DNA of 40,594 nucleotides from Minisyncoccia bacterium (GTDB lineage: Bacteria > Patescibacteriota > Minisyncoccia > UBA6257 > HR35). Location: NCBI GenBank assembly GCA_049970635.1, contig JBMFMO010000001.1, positions 1-40,594 of the forward strand, in the 5' to 3' direction. Shown piece by piece: positions 1 through 7,469 of this stretch. The notes below the pieces were generated by a model. The model was not told the origin of the DNA and did not search any database. It worked only from the letters and a program-made list of their open reading frames with translations. Numbering within the stretch: position 1 is the stretch's first letter; each line of letters opens with the position of its first letter. The translations under genes were made by a program, and so were the position numbers.

Positions 1-31
1 AGTAAAATATAAAAACATAAAATTTGCTTTT

Positions 32-53
32 CTAATTTTCTATAGAAAATTAG
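32..53. repeat. Perfect 22-bp palindrome CTAATTTTCTA|TAGAAAATTAG
   Basis: Read directly: 11+11 nt arms with no spacer. The AT-rich background limits significance. AAATTAGAAATT recurs at about 34068. Confidence 0.6.
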
Positions 54-101
54 AAATTAACATTTAAGATAGAGAAGATATAGATGAATATTAATAACTT
101 T

Positions 102-139
102 ATTCGTGACTAATTCGTGTAATTCGTGAATAATTCGTA
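102..139 (+). repeat. Phased word array: ATTCGTG x4 (last copy ATTCGTA)
   Basis: Word starts at 102, 113, 122, 133 (spacing 11, 9, 11). Confidence 0.85.
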
Positions 140-142
140 TAC

Positions 143-232
143 CGCGGATTAACCAACCACGGATATACGCGGATAGTGTTAATAAGCCGCGGATTAACGC
201 GGATAAATAATAAGCCGCTGATTAACGCGGAT
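143..232 (+). repeat. Phased word array: CGCGGAT/CACGGAT/CGCTGAT x7, including a 28-bp tandem duplication (181-208, 209-236)
   Basis: Word starts at 143, 158, 168, 188, 198, 216, 226. Three pairs are exactly 10 bp apart, with 18-20 bp between pairs. The two 28-mers differ at one base. Confidence 0.85.
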
Positions 233-249
233 AAATATATTTAGTCATT

Positions 250-280
250 ATTCGGGTAATATATTCGGTTTTTATTCGGG
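250..280 (+). repeat. Phased word array: ATTCGGG/ATTCGGT x3
   Basis: Word starts at 250, 263, 274. Confidence 0.75.
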
Positions 281-308
281 CAGTTTATAATTATAATAAT
301 GGAAAAAT

Positions 309-366
309 TTCGCATCAGTTCGCGTATTGTTCGCATTGGTTCGCATATTGTTCGCATTGATTCGCG
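309..366 (+). repeat. Phased word array: TTCGCA/TTCGCG x6
   Basis: Word starts at 309, 319, 330, 340, 351, 361 (spacing 10, 11, 10, 11, 10). Confidence 0.9.
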
Positions 367-371
367 TAGCT

Positions 372-382
372 TATAATATAAT
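372..382 (+). promoter_or_regulatory. Overlapping TATAAT -10 boxes (372-377, 377-382) just upstream of the iorA ATG
   Basis: The sequence is TATAATATAAT, then 6 nt, then the ATG at 389. No Shine-Dalgarno is present. The -35 is unclear: TTGTTC at 348-353 gives an 18-nt spacer to the first box. Confidence 0.45.
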
Positions 383-388
383 ATATTA

Positions 389-2005
389 ATGGAAAAAGAT
401 TTGTTTAAAAATAAAGGAGAAAAGGCTTTTCTTTTGGGGAATGAAGCAATAGTAAGAGGAGCATTAGAATCAGATGTAAGATTTATAACAACATATCCTG
501 GAACACCTACTTCTGAAATAGGAAATATTTTTTATGAATATAAAGATAAATTTGATTATTATTTTGAATTTTCTACAAATGAAAAAGTTGCTATGGAGTC
601 TTCTGCTGGCGCAAGTTTATGTGGTTTAAGATCTCTTGTTGCTATGAAAAATTTTGGATTAAATGTAGCATCTGATTTTTTATATCCATTAGTATATACT
701 GGTGTTAAAGGTGGAATGGTAATTGTTGTAGGAGATGATCCTTCTTGCCATAGCTCTGCTCAATCTGAAGATAATACAAGATTTAACATATTAAAAGCAC
801 ATATCCCAGCTTTAGAGCCATCAAATCCTCAGGAATGCAAAGATTTTACAAAATTAGCTTTTGAAATATCTGAAAAATTTTCTATACCAGTTATTATAAG
901 AGGGACAACAAGAGTTTTGCATCAATCAGGAATTGTTATTTTAGATGAGATTAAAAAGATAGAACAAAAAGCAAAGTTTGAAAAAGATCCATTAAGATTT
1001 TCTACAATGAATGCTGTTTTAAAACATAAAGAATTATTAGAAAAAATTGAGAGGATAAAAAATTTTGTAGAAAAATTAAAAATTAATTTTATAAAAAATA
1101 AAGATAAATCTAAGTTTGGTATCATAGCATCTGGGATTTCATATCAATATATTTTAGAAATTTTGGATGAATTAAATTTAAAAATCCCAATATTAAAATT
1201 AGGAGTTTTTTATCCTTTACCAGAAAAATTAATCAAAAATTTTATAAAAAATTTGAAGGAGGTTTTAGTTTTAGAAGAGCTTGATCCTATATTAGAAAAA
1301 GAGGTTGAAAGATTAGCGAAAGATTCAAATTATAAATTAAAAGTTTATGGAAAAGATTTAATAAATGAATTTGGCGAGATAAGGCCTGAAGATATCTTAA
1401 TTGCTTTATCAAAAATTTTAAATATAAAATTAGATTTTGATTATAAAAAGCATAAGGAGGAGATAGAAAAAATTAATATACCAAAAAGAACACCAAGTTT
1501 TTGTCCGAATTGTCCATATCATTTTGTTTTTTCAACAATAAAAAGAATTTTTCCAAATTTTATATTTGGTGGCGAAATAGGTTGTTATATGTTAGCATAT
1601 TACCCTCCTTATAATATGCAAGATTATCTTTATTGTATGGGATCAAGTGTTGGTGTTGCTCATGGTATTAATAAGTCATCAAAAGAGAAAGTTATAGCAT
1701 TTGTTGGTGATTCTTCATTTTTCCATGCTGCTATCCCAGAAATAATAAATGCTGTTTATAATAAATCAAATATTTTAATAATAATTTTAGATAATATGAC
1801 AACTGCAATGACGGGCCATCAACCTCATCCAGGAGTAGATGGAATAAAAATAGAAGATGTTTTAAATGGAATTGGAATAAAAAATTTAAAAGTTGTAGAT
1901 CCAATAGACATTAAAGAGTTTGAAAAAACATTAAAAGATTTTTCAGAAAAAGATGGTGTTTCAGTAATTATTGCAAGGCATCCTTGTGCATTTATAAAAA
2001 GATGA
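389..2005 (+). CDS. iorA: Indolepyruvate:ferredoxin oxidoreductase, alpha subunit (TPP-binding)
   Basis: 538-aa ORF. N-terminus LLGNEAIVRGALE..YPGTPTSEI. CPNCPYH motif. C-terminal TPP motif GDSSFFH...LDN..TGHQ. ATGA overlap with the beta subunit. Confidence 0.85.
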   Translation: MEKDLFKNKGEKAFLLGNEAIVRGALESDVRFITTYPGTPTSEIGNIFYEYKDKFDYYFEFSTNEKVAMESSAGASLCGLRSLVAMKNFGLNVASDFLYPLVYTGVKGGMVIVVGDDPSCHSSAQSEDNTRFNILKAHIPALEPSNPQECKDFTKLAFEISEKFSIPVIIRGTTRVLHQSGIVILDEIKKIEQKAKFEKDPLRFSTMNAVLKHKELLEKIERIKNFVEKLKINFIKNKDKSKFGIIASGISYQYILEILDELNLKIPILKLGVFYPLPEKLIKNFIKNLKEVLVLEELDPILEKEVERLAKDSNYKLKVYGKDLINEFGEIRPEDILIALSKILNIKLDFDYKKHKEEIEKINIPKRTPSFCPNCPYHFVFSTIKRIFPNFIFGGEIGCYMLAYYPPYNMQDYLYCMGSSVGVAHGINKSSKEKVIAFVGDSSFFHAAIPEIINAVYNKSNILIIILDNMTTAMTGHQPHPGVDGIKIEDVLNGIGIKNLKVVDPIDIKEFEKTLKDFSEKDGVSVIIARHPCAFIKR

Positions 2006-2574
2006 AAAAGTTTAATTTAATAATAGGAGGAGTAGGAGGGCAAGGGCAGATAACATTGATGCAGATTTTGGCTAATGCTTGTTTATTAAAAAATTTTGAT
2101 GTTAAATCTTCTGAAGTTCATGGATTATCACAAAGAAGAGGTTCTGTTGAGGTACATTTAAGATTTGGGAAAAATATTTTTTCTCCATTAGTAAAAGAAG
2201 GTGATGTGGATTTAGTAATAGCATTAGAAAAACAAGAAGCATTAAGATTAATATATTATGGTAATAAAGATAAAACAATATTTTTAATAAATGATTTTAA
2301 TATTCCTATTATTGGTGGAAAAAATTTGGAAGATGAATATATTAAAGAAAACTTAAAAAAATTTTCAAAAGATTTTATCTTTGTTCCTGCAACAAAAATT
2401 TGTGAAGAAAAATTAAAAAATCAAATTGTAGCTGGAACTTATCTCATCTCTTATGCATCTTACAAAAAATTAATTCCTATAGAAATAGAATATATTGAAA
2501 AATCAATAAAAGAAATCATAAAACCAGAATTTATTGATATAAACTTAAAAGCATCTGAATTAGCAAAATCTTAA
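2002..2574 (+). CDS. iorB: Indolepyruvate:ferredoxin oxidoreductase, beta subunit
   Basis: MKKFNLIIGGVGGQGQ N-terminus. I chose the ATG at 2002, which overlaps the iorA TGA (ATGA), over the ORF-track start at 1984. Confidence 0.8.
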   Translation: MKKFNLIIGGVGGQGQITLMQILANACLLKNFDVKSSEVHGLSQRRGSVEVHLRFGKNIFSPLVKEGDVDLVIALEKQEALRLIYYGNKDKTIFLINDFNIPIIGGKNLEDEYIKENLKKFSKDFIFVPATKICEEKLKNQIVAGTYLISYASYKKLIPIEIEYIEKSIKEIIKPEFIDINLKASELAKS

Positions 2575-2750
2575 TCCTCAATTGCTTGCATTGGACAGTT
2601 TTCTTTTGCTTTTTCTATACAATCTCTATTTTTTTCAATATCAGCATCTTCTTTAACTTTTGCTGTTCCTTCTTCAACTTCAAAAACTTCTGGGCATAAG
2701 CTTTGGCACATTCCGCATCCTATACATTTTTCTCTATTAACTTTTATCAT
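2571..2750 (-). CDS. Small single-cluster 4Fe-4S/3Fe-4S ferredoxin (59 aa), not in the ORF track
   Basis: Hand translation: MIKVNREKCIGCGMCQSLCPEVFEVEEGTAKVKEDADIEKNRDCIEKAKENCPMQAIED. It has CxxCxxCxxxCP plus a distal CP. It lies 6 nt downstream of the nitroreductase gene. Confidence 0.8.
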   Translation of the reverse strand: MIKVNREKCIGCGMCQSLCPEVFEVEEGTAKVKEDADIEKNRDCIEKAKENCPMQAIED

Positions 2751-2756
2751 TTTATT

Positions 2757-3272
2757 TTATTCAATAATTTCGACTGCTTCTCCTTTTGAAACCCTTTTTG
2801 GAGGTTCTGGTTTTTCATCTGGATAACCAACAGGAATTATTGCTATTGGAATTAAATTTTTATCTAAATTTAAAATTTTACTAACTTCATCATTATTAAA
2901 TGCTCCAACCCAACACGTTCCTAAACCAAAACTTACTGCTAATAACATTAAATTTTCTATTGATGCAGAAACATCACAAGCTAAATATAAATTTTCTCCT
3001 CTTTCTCCATAATTTTTTGAAATAGTTCTATCTCCACAGCAAACAATAACTAATGGTGCTTCTTTTACAAAACTTTGATTATAGCTTGCTTTTGCTAATT
3101 TTTCTCTTATATCTTTATTAAAAACAAAATAAAATCTTCTTTTTTGTAAATTCCCTGCTGATGGTGCCCAAATTAAAGCATCTATCAATTTATCAATTAT
3201 TTCTGGCGAAATCTCTTTATCTTTAAACTTTCTTATACTTCTTCTTTTTAATATTGCTTCATATATATCCAT
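2757..3272 (-). CDS. Nitroreductase-family flavoprotein
   Basis: 171 aa. N-terminal ILKRRSIRKF motif, then WAPSAGNLQ, typical of the nitroreductase fold. Confidence 0.8.
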   Translation of the reverse strand: MDIYEAILKRRSIRKFKDKEISPEIIDKLIDALIWAPSAGNLQKRRFYFVFNKDIREKLAKASYNQSFVKEAPLVIVCCGDRTISKNYGERGENLYLACDVSASIENLMLLAVSFGLGTCWVGAFNNDEVSKILNLDKNLIPIAIIPVGYPDEKPEPPKRVSKGEAVEIIE

Positions 3273-3278
3273 TATTGG

Positions 3279-3307
3279 ATTTTAAATTATTTTGAAAATA
3301 AAATCAA
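3279..3307 (-). promoter_or_regulatory. Sigma70-like promoter TTGATT-17-TAAAAT, 6 nt upstream of the nitroreductase ATG
   Basis: The minus strand reads TTGATT (3307-3302), 17 nt, TAAAAT (3284-3279), CCAATA, ATG. Confidence 0.5.
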
Positions 3308-3319
3308 GTTTTATAAAAT
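3292..3319 (+). promoter_or_regulatory. Sigma70-like promoter TTGAAA-16-TAAAAT for tRNA-Ser
   Basis: -35 at 3292-3297 and -10 at 3314-3319. The tRNA 5' end lies 7 nt downstream. It overlaps the divergent nitroreductase promoter. Confidence 0.5.
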
Positions 3320-3326
3320 TTAATAA

Positions 3327-3412
3327 GGAGGGTTGGGCCGAATGGTAAGGCAACGGCCTGCTAAGCCGTGCTCCTTTTTTGGAGCTTGCGGGTTCGAGTC
3401 CCGCACCCTCCG
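3327..3412 (+). tRNA. tRNA-Ser(GCU), type II with long variable arm
   Basis: Acceptor GGAGGGT/ACCCTCC. Anticodon stem ACGGC/GCCGT with loop CTGCTAA. Variable arm GCTCC-TTTTTT-GGAGC. T arm GCGGG-TTCGAGT-CCCGC. No CCA is encoded. Confidence 0.9.
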
Positions 3413-3437
3413 CTATTTTATCTTATAATTTAATATA

Positions 3438-4862
3438 ATGAAACTTATTCCAAAAATTGGCTTAGAGATACATTTAGAATTAAAGACAAAAACAAAGATT
3501 TTTTGTAGATGCCCTAATGATCCTAATGAAATTCATCCAAATACAAATATATGTGAAATTTGCACAGGACAGCCAGGAACACTACCTTCTTTTAATAAAA
3601 AAGTTTTAGAATATGCTATTATGCTTGGCAAGGCTTTGAATTGCGAGATTAATAAATTTAGTTATTTTGTAAGAAAAAATTATTTTTATCCAGACCTTCC
3701 TAAAAACTATCAAATATCTCAATATGAATTGCCTTTATGCAAAGATGGTTATTTAAAGATTAAAAATGGAAAAAAGATAAGGATAAGAAGGGTTCATATA
3801 GAAGAAGACACTGGAAGATTGGTTCATATAGGAAATGAAAGTTTTGTTGATTTTAATAGGGCTGGAATACCATTATTAGAAATAGTTACAGAGCCAGATA
3901 TAGAATCTTCTGAAGAGGCAAAAAGTTTTGCAGAAGAATTAATTTTAATAGCTAAATATTTAGGAATATCTGATGCAAGCCCTGAAAAAGGTGAAATAAG
4001 ATTTGAAGCAAATATTTCTATTGCGCCTGAAGATTCAAAAGAATTAGGAACAAAGGTTGAGGTTAAAAATTTGGGCTCCTTAAGATCATTAAGAGATGCT
4101 ATAGATTTTGAGATTGAAAGACAGATGAAATTATTCAAAGAAGGAAAGGAAATAATAAGAGAAACAAGAGGATTTGACGAGGGAAAAAGAATAACATTTT
4201 CGCAAAGATGGAAAGAAGAAGCAGAAGACTATAGATATTTTCCTGAACCAGATTTACCTCCTATAATCTTATCTGATGAATATATAGAATCAATACAAAT
4301 AAAAGAATTACCAGAAAAAAGAAGGGAAAGATTCCAAGCTGAATATAATTTAAGTCCTGATGAAACAGAGATTTTTATAAAAAATAAAGAGCTTGGAGAT
4401 TTTTATGAAAAAACCTATTCTGAATTAAAGGCTATGATGGAAATTTTTGATACTAAACTTCTTTATAATATTTTGGTAAATGATGTTTTAGGGCTTTTAG
4501 AAAAATATGAAAAAGAATTAATAGATTTAGATTTTAAACCATATGACCTTGCATTACTTTTGAACAAATTACAAAAAGATGAAATTAGTATTAAAATTTT
4601 AAAAGATATATTAAAAGAAGTTATAGAAAAGAATGAAAGTGTTAAAAGTTTATTAGAGAAAAAGAAAGTTTTAAAAGATGAGAATATGATATTAGAATTA
4701 ATTGAAGAAGTTGTAAAAGAAAACCCAAAAGCTGTTGATGATTATAAAAAGGGGAAAGAAGGTGTTTTACAATTTTTCATAGGAGAATTATTGAAAAAAA
4801 CAAAGGGGCAGATTGATATAAATATAGCAAAAGATTTATTAATTAAAAGATTAAAAGAATGA
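3438..4862 (+). CDS. gatB: Asp/Glu-tRNA(Asn/Gln) amidotransferase subunit B
   Basis: 474 aa. IGLEIHLEL..CxC..CxxCTGQPGTLP N-terminus and a C-terminal YqeY-like tail. gatA and gatC are not adjacent. Confidence 0.9.
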   Translation: MKLIPKIGLEIHLELKTKTKIFCRCPNDPNEIHPNTNICEICTGQPGTLPSFNKKVLEYAIMLGKALNCEINKFSYFVRKNYFYPDLPKNYQISQYELPLCKDGYLKIKNGKKIRIRRVHIEEDTGRLVHIGNESFVDFNRAGIPLLEIVTEPDIESSEEAKSFAEELILIAKYLGISDASPEKGEIRFEANISIAPEDSKELGTKVEVKNLGSLRSLRDAIDFEIERQMKLFKEGKEIIRETRGFDEGKRITFSQRWKEEAEDYRYFPEPDLPPIILSDEYIESIQIKELPEKRRERFQAEYNLSPDETEIFIKNKELGDFYEKTYSELKAMMEIFDTKLLYNILVNDVLGLLEKYEKELIDLDFKPYDLALLLNKLQKDEISIKILKDILKEVIEKNESVKSLLEKKKVLKDENMILELIEEVVKENPKAVDDYKKGKEGVLQFFIGELLKKTKGQIDINIAKDLLIKRLKE

Positions 4863-5695
4863 TTAAAAGAAGGTATATTTTTTACATCCTATCAACAATA
4901 ATTTTTTTATTTGGTGGGTTTGCTCCTAATATCTTTAATATAAATTATGGGATAGATTTAAAGGGAGGGCAATTGATTGAAATTAGAACGAGTTTAAAAG
5001 ATATAAATTTTATTTTAAAGGAGATGAATATAAGCGGTGATTTGACAAAAACAAAAGATAGCATAATATTAAAAACAAGAAATGTTGATCCAAACCTTCT
5101 TTTAAACGAGATAAAAAGATATGATCAAAACGCAAAGATAGTAAAATTAGATGAAATTAGCCCTTCATTAAGCGGAGAACTTGTTAAAAAATCACATCTT
5201 GCAATATTATTTGTTTTATTAGGTATAGGAATTTATATAACAATAGCATTTTGGGAAAAAAGAGGATTAATAAGTGGTTTTTTGTTTGGGATTGTAACGG
5301 TTATAACATTGTTTCATGATGTTATAGGAAGTTTGGGGGTCTTTACATTACTTTCTCATATATACAATTTTGAATTTAATATAAATATAATAATAGCATT
5401 TTTACTTGTCGCATCTTTTTCAACACATGATACAATAGTTGTTTTTGATAGATTAAGAGAAAATTTAAAAAGAGCTGGGAAAATATCTGAAGATATTTTT
5501 GAAAATTCTATAAGGCAAACAATTGTAAGATCTACAAATATTTCTTTAACAATAATATTATCAATATTACCTCTATTATTTTTGATTGAAAATATAAAAC
5601 CATTTGCTTTAGTTTTAATAATAGGAACAATAATAGGAACTTATTCTTCTTTATTTTTAGCAACTCCACTTGTTTATGATTTAACAAGAAAATGA
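4859..5695 (+). CDS. secF: Protein-export membrane protein SecF
   Basis: 278 aa. NYGIDLKGG motif and a six-helix hydrophobic profile. ATGA overlap with gatB. No adjacent secD. Confidence 0.8.
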   Translation: MIKRRYIFYILSTIIFLFGGFAPNIFNINYGIDLKGGQLIEIRTSLKDINFILKEMNISGDLTKTKDSIILKTRNVDPNLLLNEIKRYDQNAKIVKLDEISPSLSGELVKKSHLAILFVLLGIGIYITIAFWEKRGLISGFLFGIVTVITLFHDVIGSLGVFTLLSHIYNFEFNINIIIAFLLVASFSTHDTIVVFDRLRENLKRAGKISEDIFENSIRQTIVRSTNISLTIILSILPLLFLIENIKPFALVLIIGTIIGTYSSLFLATPLVYDLTRK

Positions 5696-6333
5696 AAATT
5701 ATACCTGCTATAAATACTAGAAGTTTTGATGAGGCTAAAGAAAGGATAAATTTATTAAAAGATTTGACAAAAGATTTTCATATAGATATTTCTTCAATTG
5801 ATTTTTCAAATTATGAAACTTGGCAAAATCCTAAAGAAATTGATAAATTAGACGACGATTTAAAACTTCATCTGCATTTAATGATAAGATTAAAACCACA
5901 AGAAATTTTAAAATGGGATAACAAAAGAATTAAATCTTTTATCTTGCATTTAGAAGGAACAAATTTACCAGATGCTTTATTAAAATTTTCTAAAAAAACT
6001 AAAAAAAGTATATTTGTTGCATGGAGCCCTAAGATAGAAAAAGAATTTATTGAAAGATATATAAAATTTGTAGATGGAATTTTAGTTTTAGGAGTTGAGC
6101 CTGGAAAATCTGGACAAAAAATTTTGGAAGATACATTTGAAAGAATAAAAATAGCAAAAAATTTTTTAAATAATAAACAAAAACTAATAGTAGATGGAGG
6201 AATTAATATGGAAAACATCAAAGATATAATAAAGCTTAATGTTGATATTATAGTTATAGGATCAGCAATATTTGAGGGAAATAACCCAAAAGAAAACTAT
6301 TTAAAGTTTTTAAAAGCCGCTGATGAACGCTGA
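5692..6333 (+). CDS. rpe: Ribulose-phosphate 3-epimerase family protein
   Basis: 213 aa. IIPAI, HIDIS, LHLHLM, GVEPGKSGQKI and VDGGIN..VIGSAIF match the Rpe barrel signature positions. The sequence is divergent. Confidence 0.65.
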   Translation: MKIIPAINTRSFDEAKERINLLKDLTKDFHIDISSIDFSNYETWQNPKEIDKLDDDLKLHLHLMIRLKPQEILKWDNKRIKSFILHLEGTNLPDALLKFSKKTKKSIFVAWSPKIEKEFIERYIKFVDGILVLGVEPGKSGQKILEDTFERIKIAKNFLNNKQKLIVDGGINMENIKDIIKLNVDIIVIGSAIFEGNNPKENYLKFLKAADER

Positions 6334-6362
6334 TAAATAATGAACCACGGATTTACGCTGAT
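6318..6362 (+). repeat. Phased word array: CGCTGAT/CACGGAT x4, starting inside the rpe 3' end
   Basis: Word starts at 6318, 6328, 6346, 6356 (spacing 10, 18, 10). The rpe stop TGA (6331-6333) lies inside the second word. Confidence 0.8.
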
Positions 6363-6367
6363 ATTAT

Positions 6368-6409
6368 ATTCGTGAATAATTCGTATAGTTTATTCGTGAT
6401 TAATTCGTG
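6368..6409 (+). repeat. Phased word array: ATTCGTG x4 (one copy ATTCGTA)
   Basis: Word starts at 6368, 6379, 6392, 6403. The last word abuts the TATAAT at 6410. Confidence 0.85.
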
Positions 6410-6415
6410 TATAAT
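6410..6415 (+). promoter_or_regulatory. TATAAT -10 box 8 nt upstream of the trpS ATG
   Basis: GTATAATATAATAAAATG. No Shine-Dalgarno is present. Confidence 0.4.
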
Positions 6416-6423
6416 ATAATAAA

Positions 6424-7404
6424 ATGAAAAGGATTTTAACTGGAATAAAGCCAACAGGAGAGATACAGCTTGGAAATTATTTAGGAATGATAAAAAACAT
6501 TATTGATATGCAAAATAAATATGAAATTTTTTTAATGGTTGCTAATTTGCATGCCCAAACAGTTCCATTTGACCCAAAAGAGATAAAAAGATTAACTTAT
6601 GATTTAGTTTCATCTTTTATAGCTCTTGGGATTGATCCTAAAAAAACAACAATATTTCTACAATCTGATGTTCCTGCTCATCTATATTTATATTGGATTT
6701 TAGGATGTATTTCTCCATTAGGAGATTTAATGAGAATGCATGAATTTAAGGAGCAAAGTCAAAGATATAAAAAAGAAGGAGTTGGGGCTGGAATTTTAAT
6801 GTATCCTGTTTTAATGGCTGCTGATATTTTAATTTACAATGCTGATTTAGTACCAGTTGGTGAAGATCAGAGACAGCATGTTGAGCTTACAAGAGAATTA
6901 GCAAGAAAATTTAATAGATTATTTGGAAAAACATTTAAAATTCCTGAAATTTTTATACAACCAGAAACAGCTAAAATAATGAGTTTAGATAATCCAAATA
7001 AAAAAATGTCTAAGTCTTTACCGGAGGGATGTTTAGAAATATTTGCAGATGAAAAAGTTATAAAAGAAAAGATATTAAAAGCTGTTACTGATTCAGGAAA
7101 AGAGATAAAATATGATCCAGTAAATAAACCAGCTATAAGTAATTTAATGACAATCTATAAATATTTAACTAAGAAAACATATTCTGAAATTGAAGAAGAA
7201 TTTAAAGGAAAGGGATATTATGAATTTAAAAATGCTATAATAGATGCATTCTTCAAATATTTTGATAAAGTAAGAAAAATTAAAAAGAAAATTAATAAAA
7301 ATTTTGTAAAAAAGATATTAAAACAAGGAGCAGATAGAGCAAACAAAACAGTAAACAAAAACCTAAAGCTCATATTGAAAAGAACAGGGTTAATTTTAGA
7401 TTAA
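6424..7404 (+). CDS. trpS: Tryptophan--tRNA ligase
   Basis: 326 aa. N-terminal GIKPTGEIQLGNYLG (class I HIGH region), GEDQRQH, and a KMSKS motif. Confidence 0.9.
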   Translation: MKRILTGIKPTGEIQLGNYLGMIKNIIDMQNKYEIFLMVANLHAQTVPFDPKEIKRLTYDLVSSFIALGIDPKKTTIFLQSDVPAHLYLYWILGCISPLGDLMRMHEFKEQSQRYKKEGVGAGILMYPVLMAADILIYNADLVPVGEDQRQHVELTRELARKFNRLFGKTFKIPEIFIQPETAKIMSLDNPNKKMSKSLPEGCLEIFADEKVIKEKILKAVTDSGKEIKYDPVNKPAISNLMTIYKYLTKKTYSEIEEEFKGKGYYEFKNAIIDAFFKYFDKVRKIKKKINKNFVKKILKQGADRANKTVNKNLKLILKRTGLILD

Positions 7405-7469
7405 AATATAAGAATATATAAAAAGTGGTTTAAAATAACAAATTAAAGCATTAGTATCAAAAGTAAACA

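Noticed and set aside
143-232. CsrB/RsmZ-like sponge RNA, since CGCGGAT, CACGGAT and ACACGGAC all contain GGA in an ACA/CGC-GGA context resembling CsrA sites.
   Set aside because: The ATTCGTG, ATTCGGG and TTCGCR families lack GGA. The ACACGGAC array at 34364 is antisense to its neighbours. No csrA gene is visible. The strict 10-11 bp phasing points to duplex DNA and not to RNA loops. I keep this only as a low-probability alternative, testable by strand-specific RNA-seq.
102-366. CRISPR array interpretation of the word arrays, including those at 6318-6409, 7749-7823, 34364-34444 and 40486-40515.
   Set aside because: The repeat units are 6-8 bp at a 10-11 bp period. CRISPR repeats of 24-40 bp with unique spacers of similar size are not present, and there are no cas genes in the window.
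922-1125. This and the many other short ORF-track entries that lie antisense or out of frame within longer genes. Examples: 3824-4138, 5868-6221, 8000-8377, 8101-8355, 13637-13945, 14036-14266, 14280-14540, 16834-17076, 17435-17722, 18061-18243, 18768-18974, 19783-19980, 23028-23270, 25663-26025, 26799-27023, 27584-27829, 28510-28731, 30061-30360, 30488-30727, 31097-31475, 33302-33499, 34843-35064, 35268-35459, 35935-36183, 37458-37721, 38174-38497, 39629-39885.
   Set aside because: Each is fully nested in a longer ORF with clear family motifs on the other strand or frame. Their translations are low-complexity F/L/I/S-rich strings, as expected from the complement of A-rich coding sequence.
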